A stretch of DNA of 64,000 nucleotides. It comes from Christensenellaceae bacterium (GTDB lineage: Bacteria > Bacillota > Clostridia > Christensenellales > Borkfalkiaceae). This document shows positions 27,157-35,946 of the stretch, piece by piece; within the stretch, counting starts at the first letter, position 1, and each line of letters opens with the position of its first letter. Position numbers and translations under genes: made by a program. The notes under the pieces are model-generated. The model had not been told where the DNA came from, did no database searches, and saw only the letters and a list, made by a program, of their open reading frames with translations. The DNA is taken from NCBI GenBank assembly GCA_045651465.1, contig JAZRSG010000027.1, positions 679 to 64,678 of the forward strand, read 5' to 3'.

Positions 27157-29001
27157 GTGATAAACTTGAGAAATATTAACAAAAATAAAAAGGGCGAAAA
27201 AATTAAAAGCGTAATAAAAAACGACAAATCAATAAGTCAACGCTCTAAAGAAAATAAGAAGGGAAAAAAGCAAGCTTCCAGCCTAAAAAATATCGTAAAA
27301 AAACAAACTCAAAACGATCAACGCAAAAAGCAGAATATTAAAAATAACGGCGGAAACGGAAAGTCGCTCAAAATAAGATTTTTAGGTGGCGTTGGCGAAA
27401 TTGGTAAAAATATGACTGCGCTAGAGTTTGGCAAAGATATAATAATTATCGATGCAGGAGTATCTTTTCCAGGCGATAATATGCCAGGCGTTGACCTCGT
27501 GATACCAGACGTGACATATCTTGCGCAAAATAAAAGCAAAATTCGCGGTTTCGTAATCACTCACGGGCACGAAGATCATATCGGAAGTCTTCCGTATATC
27601 CTTAAAGATATCAACGCGCCGATTTACGGCACGAAATTAACTTTAACGCTCATCGATAACAAACTTAGAGAACATAAACTAAACGACGTCGTGTTAAATT
27701 GCATTAACGCGGGGAGCACGATTAAACTAGGGTGTTTTTCGGTGGAATTTATTAACGTAAACCACTCTATTGCGGGTGCGGTAGGGCTTTCTATAACTAC
27801 TCCCGTAGGGATCGTTTTCCACTCGGGTGACTTTAAGATAGACTATACGCCCGTAAACGGCGAAAAAATGGATCTTAACCGTATTGCAGAAATAGGCGAA
27901 AAGGGCGTAATGCTACTTATGGCGGATTCTACCAATATCGAAATAGCGGGAACGACCATGAGCGAATCGGTAGTAAAGGATACGCTCGACCACGTGTTTG
28001 CCGATAACTCACAAAGAAGACTTATAATCGCAACGTTTGCGTCAAACGTTCATAGATTGCAACAAATACTCGATTTGGCAGTAAAATACAATCGCAAGGT
28101 CGCTTTTTCGGGTAGAAGTATGATAAATATCGCTGAAGCTGCGTCAAAAATAGGTGAACTAAACGTAAAAGACGGACTAATTATCGATATTGAAAAAATT
28201 AAAAATTATAAAGACGAACAAGTTTTAATAGTTTCTACGGGCACGCAAGGCGAACCTATGAGTGCGCTTACTAGAATGGCTAGCGGAGAGTTTAATAAGG
28301 TTGTTATAGGCGAGAACGATACCGTAGTTATAAGCGCTTCCGTAATTCCTGGCAATGAAAAGATGATTTATGGTGTAATTAATAATCTTTATAGGTTGGG
28401 CGCGGAAGTAATTTACGAATCGTTAGAACCCATCCACGTTTCGGGGCACGCTTGTAGAGATGAATTAAGGCTTTTGCATACTCTTGTTAAGCCCAAGTTC
28501 TTTATTCCCGTACACGGTGAATATCGTCACCTAAAAAAGCATGCTAGACTTGCCGAAAGTTTAGGTATGAAAAAGGGTAATATTGCGATTGCTGAAATAG
28601 GAGATACGATTGCTATTGACGGAAGAACAATGGTTAAAGACCAAAAAATCCCTGCCGGTATGAAGTTTGTGGACGGAATAGGAATTGACGATGCAGATAG
28701 TTTCGTTCTTCGTGATAGAATACATTTATCAGAAGACGGGCTAATCGTAATAGTTGCAGGAATTGATCAGTTGACAAGAAATCTATCGTCTTTAGAGATT
28801 ATAAGCAAGGGTTTAGTTCTTACCGACCAAATGACGGCGGAGATAAGGGCAAACGTAACGCTTGCGTTAGATAGAATAGATCTTCGTGCGTTTGACGATG
28901 AAAACGAAATAGGTGCGATTTTAAGAAGAAGCGTTAAAAACTACATTTTTAAGGCGACCAAGAAAAATCCGATGTTAATACCGGTCGTAATGGTGGTGTA
29001 A
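27157..29001 (+). CDS. rnj: ribonuclease J with a Lys-rich N-terminal extension
   Basis: HGHEDHIG metallo-beta-lactamase motif, beta-CASP and C-terminal domains. GTG start is uncertain. Confidence 0.88.
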   Translation: MINLRNINKNKKGEKIKSVIKNDKSISQRSKENKKGKKQASSLKNIVKKQTQNDQRKKQNIKNNGGNGKSLKIRFLGGVGEIGKNMTALEFGKDIIIIDAGVSFPGDNMPGVDLVIPDVTYLAQNKSKIRGFVITHGHEDHIGSLPYILKDINAPIYGTKLTLTLIDNKLREHKLNDVVLNCINAGSTIKLGCFSVEFINVNHSIAGAVGLSITTPVGIVFHSGDFKIDYTPVNGEKMDLNRIAEIGEKGVMLLMADSTNIEIAGTTMSESVVKDTLDHVFADNSQRRLIIATFASNVHRLQQILDLAVKYNRKVAFSGRSMINIAEAASKIGELNVKDGLIIDIEKIKNYKDEQVLIVSTGTQGEPMSALTRMASGEFNKVVIGENDTVVISASVIPGNEKMIYGVINNLYRLGAEVIYESLEPIHVSGHACRDELRLLHTLVKPKFFIPVHGEYRHLKKHARLAESLGMKKGNIAIAEIGDTIAIDGRTMVKDQKIPAGMKFVDGIGIDDADSFVLRDRIHLSEDGLIVIVAGIDQLTRNLSSLEIISKGLVLTDQMTAEIRANVTLALDRIDLRAFDDENEIGAILRRSVKNYIFKATKKNPMLIPVVMVV

Positions 29002-29002
29002 A

Positions 29003-29590
29003 TTGAACGAAAGATTACTTAAGATGAGAGAGGAGGCAAAGCTATGTGGCGAGCCGATACTCAGAGATAAATCGTTTGAATTATTGATAGAAACGGTAAA
29101 AAAATGTCGTCCTAAAAAGATACTCGAAATAGGTGTAAATTTAGGGTTATCGTCGATAGCAATGCTACTTGCGTGTGAGAATGCGACGCTTTCGGGGATA
29201 GAGATAGACGAAGAAAAAAGTAGGCTTGCAAAAGAAAATTATTCATCTTTCGGCGTTCAAGATAGGGCGAAAATTTTTCTTGGTGACGCGTCTATGATTA
29301 TTCCTATACTTACAGGTGAATACGATTTTATTTTCTTGGACGGACCAAAGGGGCATTATTACGAGTATTTGTTGAATTTACTCCCCATTTTGAAAAAAGG
29401 CGGAGTGCTTTTTGCAGATAACGTATTGTTTCGTGGCTACGTGGATGGTAGGGTTAAGACACCGCATAGGTTTAATACGACCAAGCATAGCATGGAAAAG
29501 TTTTTAGATAGAATATCAAATGATGAAGGGCTAAAAACCGTTTTATACGACATAGAAGACGGAGTAAGCATAACGGAAAAATTATTATGA
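29003..29590 (+). CDS. class I SAM-dependent O-methyltransferase (YrrM/TrmR-like)
   Basis: O-methyltransferase family 3-like sequence. TTG start. Followed by a U32 peptidase, as in the Bacillus yrrMNO locus. Confidence 0.7.
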   Translation: MNERLLKMREEAKLCGEPILRDKSFELLIETVKKCRPKKILEIGVNLGLSSIAMLLACENATLSGIEIDEEKSRLAKENYSSFGVQDRAKIFLGDASMIIPILTGEYDFIFLDGPKGHYYEYLLNLLPILKKGGVLFADNVLFRGYVDGRVKTPHRFNTTKHSMEKFLDRISNDEGLKTVLYDIEDGVSITEKLL

Positions 29591-30807
29591 GTAGAATAGA
29601 ACTTTTATCGCCGGCAGGTGATATGAACAAATTAAAAACCGCCTTTTATTACGGCGCGGACGCCGTATATATCGGTGGAAAAAGTATGAGCTTAAGAGCT
29701 CTTGCGGGAAATTTTACCGAAGAAGAAATTGTTGAGGCGACTAACTGCGCACACTCACTTGGAAAAAAGCTTTACGTTACGGTAAATATTTTTGGCAAGA
29801 ATTCGGATATTGAGAGCGCCGAAAAATACTTTAAGTTTTTAGAGAAAACTGGTATTGACGGAGCGATTATATCGGATACGGGACTTATTTATCTAGCAAA
29901 AACGGTTGCTCCAAATCTCAATATAAATTTATCAACTCAAGCCAACACGTTAAACTATAAAACCGTTGAATTTTGGAAGAATTTTGGCGTAAAAAGGGTA
30001 ATTTTGGCTCGTGAACTTTCTATTAAAGAAATAGGAGAAATTAAAAGCAAAGTTCCCGAAATGGAAATAGAAACTTTTATTCACGGCGCGATGTGTATTT
30101 CTTATAGTGGAAGGTGTTTGCTATCCGATTATAGAACGGGAAGAAGCAGTAATCGTGGTGCGTGCGTTCAAGCGTGCAGATGGAATTACGAAATACGAGA
30201 AAAGGGTTCTAACGGCGAATTCATGGAAATAGAAGAAGACGATCGTGGAACTTATATATTAAACAGTAAAGATCTAAACTTGTTAGATTATATTAAAGAG
30301 CTAGACGAGGCGGGGGTTTGCTCGTTTAAGATTGAAGGAAGAATGAAATCTGAATACTATTTAGCTACCGTAGTTAACGCGTATAGACGCGCGATAGACG
30401 AATATTATGAAAAAGGTGCTAAATACAAGGATAATTCACTTTTCCAAACCGAACTTAAAAAGACGGCGCATAGAGCGTTTACGACGGCGTATTTTAACGG
30501 AGAAAACGATAAAACGGTTAATTACGACGATAGTCAAAGCAAGGGCTCGCACGTTTTTATCGCCAACGTTTTAGAAGGAAATCTTGGTAAGGACTACGCA
30601 ATTATAGAAATGAGAAATCGCTTTAAGGTTGGCGATGAATTGGAGGTCTTATCTCCGTCAAATAGTTTTAACGAAAAAATAACGGTATCAAAACTTAGTG
30701 ATCTAGAGGAAAGAGAGGTGGATGACGCAAAGTTAGTTCAACAAAAATTAAAATTATATACCGATATTCCCTTGTCGCAAGGCGATATACTAAGAAGAGA
30801 AATGTAA
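29587..30807 (+). CDS. peptidase U32 family protein (TrhP/YrrO-like)
   Basis: U32 signature region (E..IHGAMC.SYSGRC.LS). Overlaps the methyltransferase stop. Confidence 0.8.
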   Translation: MSRIELLSPAGDMNKLKTAFYYGADAVYIGGKSMSLRALAGNFTEEEIVEATNCAHSLGKKLYVTVNIFGKNSDIESAEKYFKFLEKTGIDGAIISDTGLIYLAKTVAPNLNINLSTQANTLNYKTVEFWKNFGVKRVILARELSIKEIGEIKSKVPEMEIETFIHGAMCISYSGRCLLSDYRTGRSSNRGACVQACRWNYEIREKGSNGEFMEIEEDDRGTYILNSKDLNLLDYIKELDEAGVCSFKIEGRMKSEYYLATVVNAYRRAIDEYYEKGAKYKDNSLFQTELKKTAHRAFTTAYFNGENDKTVNYDDSQSKGSHVFIANVLEGNLGKDYAIIEMRNRFKVGDELEVLSPSNSFNEKITVSKLSDLEEREVDDAKLVQQKLKLYTDIPLSQGDILRREM

Positions 30808-30816
30808 AAAAATTAA

Positions 30817-30852
30817 AACAAGAACTTGAAATTTTTGAGTTCTTGTTTTTTT
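30817..30852 (+). terminator. rho-independent terminator
   Basis: AACAAGAACT/AGTTCTTGTT stem followed by a T-run. Confidence 0.75.
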
Positions 30853-30899
30853 ATGTATAATTGTTTGCTTTGCTAAATAAAATGTGTTATAATAATTTC

Positions 30900-30914
30900 A
30901 GCACACAGTGTGCT
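30900..30914. promoter_or_regulatory. 15-bp perfect palindrome at the predicted transcription start of the TetR-DegV operon (candidate operator)
   Basis: AGCACAC-A-GTGTGCT immediately after promoter TTGCTT (30865-30870), 17 nt spacer, TATAAT (30888-30893). Confidence 0.45.
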
Positions 30915-30933
30915 AAAAAAAGGAGCGTTAGGT

Positions 30934-31503
30934 ATGAAGAATACTAAAAACGAACTTATAGTCGACGAAATGAGAGAGAAAATAATTAATGCGACTGAAG
31001 AAATCGTTATGACGACTGAAGAAATTTCGGTAAGGACGATTCTAAAAGCGCTTAATATTTCTAATAGGGTATTTTATAATCGCTTTCATAATCTTCAAGA
31101 GGTTCTTGATATCGTTTACGAAAAGATTATATTAAAGGTTAGGGAAGGAATGGAAGTTGAATACGACCAAAGTAAAGATTTCTTTGAGTACGTTACCGAT
31201 CTCGTTACTAACACGTTAATTGCGTCGTTTACGGCTAAGAGAAAGTTTAATAAATACGTCTTTGAACTTGATTCAAATACCAACAGTAATTACGAGTGGT
31301 ATATGAAGAGAATTAACAATCTTTTTACTTACGCTATGAATAAAGGTCTTATCAAAGAGATTGACCTTGATACAATGGGGTATTCTATTTGGTGTTTTTG
31401 CCGTGGATTTAACGCCGATGCAGTGAGTAGAATGGGACAAGACGAGGCGGTTGAAAAATTTAGATATAGTTTCAAGATTTTACTTGACGGATTGAAAAAA
31501 TAA
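30934..31503 (+). CDS. TetR family transcriptional regulator
   Basis: N-terminal HTH-like region. Start set at the ATG at 30934, preceded by AGGAG. Confidence 0.75.
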   Translation: MKNTKNELIVDEMREKIINATEEIVMTTEEISVRTILKALNISNRVFYNRFHNLQEVLDIVYEKIILKVREGMEVEYDQSKDFFEYVTDLVTNTLIASFTAKRKFNKYVFELDSNTNSNYEWYMKRINNLFTYAMNKGLIKEIDLDTMGYSIWCFCRGFNADAVSRMGQDEAVEKFRYSFKILLDGLKK

Positions 31504-31517
31504 ATAGGAGAACAAGT

Positions 31518-32363
31518 ATGGCAGTAAAGATTTTAGTTGATTCGGCGTCAGATATTAGCAAGGTTGAGGCGGAGAAAATGGGTATAACCATGATTCCTAT
31601 GGTTATCACGTTTGACACAGAAGAATATTACGACGGGATAGATCTTCTTCCCGTGCAATTTTATGAAAAGTTGGTTCAATGTAAAACCCTACCTAAAACA
31701 GCTCAAATAAACGCCTTTAGATTTGAAGAGGCGTTTAGTGAACTTACTAGAGACGGTGACGAAGTTATTGCGATTGTTTTATCGTCAAAACTTTCGGCAA
31801 CGTGTGATTCGGCTAAACAAGCGGCAGAAAAGTTTAAGGAAAAGGTTTACGTGGTTGATAGTTTAAGCGCGGCAACGGGAGAAAGACTTTTGTGCGAGTA
31901 CGCGTTAAGCCTAATCAAAGAAGGCAAAACCGCTAAGGAGGTTTTCGTTGAACTTGAAGAAGCTAAAAATCGTCTTTCTATAATGGCGGTATTAGACACG
32001 CTTGAATATCTTAAAAAGGGCGGAAGAATTTCTAGTACGATAGCGTTTGTAGGTGGTTTGCTCAACTTAAAGCCCGTTGTGAGAGTATTAGACGGCGAAG
32101 TTAAAATGGCGGGTAAAGCACGTGGACAAAGAAAGGGTGCGGAAGTATTAAACGAGATCGTAGCAAGCGCAGGGGGAGTTGATACTTCAATGCCATACGC
32201 GGTACTTTGGACTGGACTTGATAATAGCGTGGCAGAGAAATACGCTTTAGACAACGAGCATTTTTTTGGAGGGGATAAAAACGTTAGGTCGTTTATCATC
32301 GGTAGCACGATAGGAACTCACGTTGGACCTGGCGTATTCGGCTTGGCTTTTTTTCATAAATAA
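31518..32363 (+). CDS. DegV family fatty-acid-binding protein
   Basis: VKILVDSASD N-terminus and typical DegV length and sequence. Confidence 0.88.
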   Translation: MAVKILVDSASDISKVEAEKMGITMIPMVITFDTEEYYDGIDLLPVQFYEKLVQCKTLPKTAQINAFRFEEAFSELTRDGDEVIAIVLSSKLSATCDSAKQAAEKFKEKVYVVDSLSAATGERLLCEYALSLIKEGKTAKEVFVELEEAKNRLSIMAVLDTLEYLKKGGRISSTIAFVGGLLNLKPVVRVLDGEVKMAGKARGQRKGAEVLNEIVASAGGVDTSMPYAVLWTGLDNSVAEKYALDNEHFFGGDKNVRSFIIGSTIGTHVGPGVFGLAFFHK

Positions 32364-32380
32364 TATTGTTAAATAAAAAA

Positions 32381-32401
32381 ACGATACGGAATCCGTATCG
32401 T
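32381..32401. terminator. bidirectional terminator between DegV and a convergent TetR gene
   Basis: ACGATACGG/CCGTATCGT stem flanked by A- and T-runs. Confidence 0.7.
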
Positions 32402-32415
32402 TTTTTTGTTTGTCT

Positions 32416-33027
32416 TTATTTTTCAAATAGATCTATAAGTATTTTACATACCATTTCACGCATTACAAAGTAATCAATGTAATCGTGTTTATCGAACACG
32501 TATTCATGAGAAAACGTTTGAATTACGTCCATGGCAAAGTGGATTTTTTCCATGGGATTTTCTATCTCTAAACCGATGAGTTTAAGTCTATCTGCAATCT
32601 TAACCGTAATGGCGTCTTCAAGAGAAATAAATTGAGAATTAACCGCTTCGTCCGTGCTCGAAAGAGAGTGAAGGGCTTCGTGCATTTTGGCGTGTTTTTT
32701 ATGTGTTTTAATAGTCAAATCAATAAATTTTGATATTAAAGAAGTAAAATCTACGGGGGCGGATATCTTATCAAACTCTTTCAACAATGGGTCGAAAACT
32801 TTGTCGATATAGACTTCTAACGCAGAGATCAAAATATCCCTTTTATCTTGAAAATATCCATATACGATACCCGTTGATACGCCTGCTCTTTTAGCGATTT
32901 CGGCAGTATTCGTTCCGTAATATCCAACTTCGGAAAACAGTTCGTAACCGGCTTTAATTATTCTATTTTTCTTTTCAATAGACCGCTCTTGTTGCGGTTG
33001 TCTAACGTCGCTTTTCATCTTTAACAT
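32416..33027 (-). CDS. TetR/AcrR family transcriptional regulator
   Basis: HTH region (YYGTNTAEIAKRAGVSTGIVYGYF). Divergent from feoAB. Confidence 0.85.
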   Translation of the reverse strand: MLKMKSDVRQPQQERSIEKKNRIIKAGYELFSEVGYYGTNTAEIAKRAGVSTGIVYGYFQDKRDILISALEVYIDKVFDPLLKEFDKISAPVDFTSLISKFIDLTIKTHKKHAKMHEALHSLSSTDEAVNSQFISLEDAITVKIADRLKLIGLEIENPMEKIHFAMDVIQTFSHEYVFDKHDYIDYFVMREMVCKILIDLFEK

Positions 33028-33078
33028 TATATATTATTTAATCGTAATTGTCAAGAGAGAAGTTGAAAAATATGAATA

Positions 33079-33179
33079 TGAAAGAAAATTCACATAAAAT
33101 TGAAAAAAGTTTCACATTATTCTTGACTTTGATGAATATATATGGTAATATGTTGACGTAAAAGATGAAAGAAGTTTCA
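33079..33179. promoter_or_regulatory. three TGAAA-N4/5-T(T)TCA sites around the feoA promoter (candidate operators)
   Basis: Sites at 33079-33092, 33101-33114 and 33166-33179. Promoter is TTGACT (33123-33128), 17 nt spacer, TAATAT (33146-33151). Confidence 0.4.
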
Positions 33180-33196
33180 TATTAAGAGGACGTGTT

Positions 33197-33433
33197 ATGG
33201 TTAAAACGCTTGATAAGTTTAAGATAGGTGAAAGCGGAGTCGTTGTGGGCGTCGTAGGTGAACGAAAAATAAAAAGACGTTTATACGATATGGGTATTAC
33301 TAACGGCGCTGAAATTTATTTAAGGAAAAAAGCCCCGCTAGGTGATCCTATTGAGGTTACGGTTAGAAGTTATGAACTTTCTTTAAGAAATTCAGAAGCG
33401 GCTTGTATCTCCTTGGAGGTGACTAATGCTTAG
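33197..33433 (+). CDS. feoA: FeoA family protein
   Basis: 78-aa SH3-like FeoA sequence, overlapping the feoB start. Confidence 0.85.
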   Translation: MVKTLDKFKIGESGVVVGVVGERKIKRRLYDMGITNGAEIYLRKKAPLGDPIEVTVRSYELSLRNSEAACISLEVTNA

Positions 33434-35663
33434 ATTTGCCTTAGCGGGTAACCCTAATAGTGGAAAAACCACTCTTTTTAATAGTTTAACCGGATCTACC
33501 GCACATGTTGGCAACTGGCCGGGCGTTACCGTTGATAAAAGAGAGGGCGTATATAGAAAGGGTGAAGAACCTATTGCTCTCGTTGACCTTCCCGGTATTT
33601 ATTCACTTTCTCCCTATACGGAAGAAGAAGTAATCGCAAGAAACTATATCCTAGACGAAAAGCCCGATTGTGTTATTAATATTATAGACGCAACCAACTT
33701 AGAGAGAAACTTGTATTTAACCACGCAAATCATGGAAATCGACGTTCCCGTTATTATTGCGCTCAATATGATGGACGAAGTTGAAAAACGTGGGGATAGT
33801 ATTGATTCTCACGAACTTGAAAATAGGCTTGGTATTCCAGTAGTTAAAATTTCCGCGCTTAGAGGCACGGGGATTGATAAACTTATGGAAAGGGCATATG
33901 AAACTAGCAAGGTGGAAAGAAAGGGCGTGACCGTCCTAGAAGACACGGCGTTAAAGCACCTTATAGGCGATATTAAAATTGCTCTTATGGGGCAGGGCGT
34001 AGAAAACCCCATGTTCCACGCAGTAAAACTTGCTGAACTTGACGATCTAGAAGTTTTAATGCATAAAGATACCGTCAACATGATAGACGCGTTCAAGAAG
34101 ACCTTTAAGGACGATACGTTTGGCGGGGATTTCGAGGCGCTCGTTGCGGACGGAAGATATAAATACATAACTAAATACTTCTCGCCGACGCTCAAGAAAA
34201 AAAATAAGGACAAATTTATCGTAACCCCATCCGATAAAGCGGATAAGGTGTTAACGCATAAAATATGGGGAATCCCTATATTCTTACTTGTTTTATTCGC
34301 AATTTTCCATTGTACGTTCTCGGAAAACTTTTTATTCCTTGGCGGATTATTTTCGGAAGATTGGGTATCATTACAGGGTACTGCTTTTGAAGGAGTTTTC
34401 GGCGCGCACGGAATAAACTCTCCGGGTGTAGTACTGATGAATCTAGTCGGGGTATTAACCGATACGTTAACCGGTGTGGTCGGTGGATGGCTTTCTACCT
34501 CGCCCGAGTGGGTTTCAGGACTAATTTGTGACGGCGTATTGGGTGGTTTATTCGCAATTTTAGGATTTTTACCACAAATTCTCGTACTATTTATGTTCTT
34601 CTCTATATTAGAAGATTCGGGTTATATGGCGCGAATCGCGTTTATTCTAGATAGAATGTTAAGAAAATTTGGTCTTTCAGGAAGAGCTTTCTTACCCATG
34701 ATTATGGGCTTTGGTTGTTCAGTTCCTGCAATGATAAATACGAGAACTTTAGCAGATGAGAAGGAAAAGATCGCAACGGTTAGAGTTATTCCTTTCTTTA
34801 GTTGTGGCGCGAAACTTCCTATTCTTACCGCAGTTGCAGGTGGAATCGTAATGTTCTTTAACGTAGGTAACGTTGATCTTATTACTTACGGCATGTATTT
34901 ACTTGGAATGATCACGGCGTTTATCGCGGTACTTTTAATGAGAAATACTTCACTTAAAGGTGACACGCCTCCGTTTATAATGGAACTTCCGCCTTATAGA
35001 AGGCCACAATTAAAAAGTTTAATTATGCTTCTTTGGGATAAAGCAAAGCATTTTATTCAAAAAGCATTTACTATTATTTTGGCGTCAACCATTATCATTT
35101 GGGTTATAAGTCATTTCTCCTTTAACTGGCAATTCTTAGCCGACGAGGAAATGGAAAGAAGTATTCTAGCCGGCATCGGTCAGTTGATTCAACCAATATT
35201 TACACCCTTAGGGTTTGGTAGTCAGTTGTCGTCAGTCGGTTGGGTCTTTGCGGTGGCTGCAATTACCGGTTTGATTGCAAAAGAAAACGTTATATCTACG
35301 TTTGGAACACTTGCGGCTTGCATAGTTGGTGCAGTGCTTGACGTGGAGATAGACGGCGGGGTAGGAGCAGTTGGTTCGCTTATCGGTGCAACGGGAATAA
35401 CTATTCCTGCGCTTCTATCATTTATTGCGTTTAATATGACCACGATTCCTTGCTTTGCAGCGGTTGCGGCGGCTAAAGGTGAGCTCGTTGGAAAGAGTAA
35501 ATTTTCTATGACCTTACTTTTTTGGATATTGACGTCGTTTATCGTGTCAAGCGCGGTATACGTAATCGGTTCGTGGTGGTGGACTGCGTTTATTTACGCT
35601 ACGATTTTAGCGCTAGTTGTAATATTATTAAAAAAATTCAACTCAAAAATAAAGGTTAAATAA
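33426..35663 (+). CDS. feoB: ferrous iron transporter FeoB
   Basis: N-terminal G-domain (GNPNSGKTT, DLPG) followed by a polytopic membrane domain. Confidence 0.92.
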   Translation: MLRFALAGNPNSGKTTLFNSLTGSTAHVGNWPGVTVDKREGVYRKGEEPIALVDLPGIYSLSPYTEEEVIARNYILDEKPDCVINIIDATNLERNLYLTTQIMEIDVPVIIALNMMDEVEKRGDSIDSHELENRLGIPVVKISALRGTGIDKLMERAYETSKVERKGVTVLEDTALKHLIGDIKIALMGQGVENPMFHAVKLAELDDLEVLMHKDTVNMIDAFKKTFKDDTFGGDFEALVADGRYKYITKYFSPTLKKKNKDKFIVTPSDKADKVLTHKIWGIPIFLLVLFAIFHCTFSENFLFLGGLFSEDWVSLQGTAFEGVFGAHGINSPGVVLMNLVGVLTDTLTGVVGGWLSTSPEWVSGLICDGVLGGLFAILGFLPQILVLFMFFSILEDSGYMARIAFILDRMLRKFGLSGRAFLPMIMGFGCSVPAMINTRTLADEKEKIATVRVIPFFSCGAKLPILTAVAGGIVMFFNVGNVDLITYGMYLLGMITAFIAVLLMRNTSLKGDTPPFIMELPPYRRPQLKSLIMLLWDKAKHFIQKAFTIILASTIIIWVISHFSFNWQFLADEEMERSILAGIGQLIQPIFTPLGFGSQLSSVGWVFAVAAITGLIAKENVISTFGTLAACIVGAVLDVEIDGGVGAVGSLIGATGITIPALLSFIAFNMTTIPCFAAVAAAKGELVGKSKFSMTLLFWILTSFIVSSAVYVIGSWWWTAFIYATILALVVILLKKFNSKIKVK

Positions 35664-35664
35664 T

Positions 35665-35832
35665 ATGGAACTTATCGAAATTATAGTTATAATCGTTGCA
35701 AGTTTAACGGTTGTTTCGGTAATAATAAATTCAATAATAAGACGTAAAAAAGGTAAGACTTCTTGCGGTTGCGATTGCTCAAAATGCGGAAGGAGTTGTT
35801 ACCGAGAAGATAAAGAAAAAGACCATAACTAA
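35665..35832 (+). CDS. FeoB-associated Cys-rich membrane protein (55 aa, not in the ORF track)
   Basis: One TM helix then a CGCDCSKCGRSC cluster. Starts 2 nt after the feoB stop. Confidence 0.6.
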   Translation: MELIEIIVIIVASLTVVSVIINSIIRRKKGKTSCGCDCSKCGRSCYREDKEKDHN

Positions 35833-35857
35833 CATTAACATACAAATCACTTCTTTC

Positions 35858-35888
35858 AAAAGCTCCGTAAAATACACGGGGCTTTTGA
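35858..35888 (+). terminator. terminator of the feo operon
   Basis: AAAAGCTCCG/CGGGGCTTTT stem followed by T-rich sequence. Confidence 0.65.
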
Positions 35889-35946
35889 TTTTACTTGAAA
35901 AGCAAATAGAACTGTGATAAAATATACTTAGTAATCGAGGGATACT

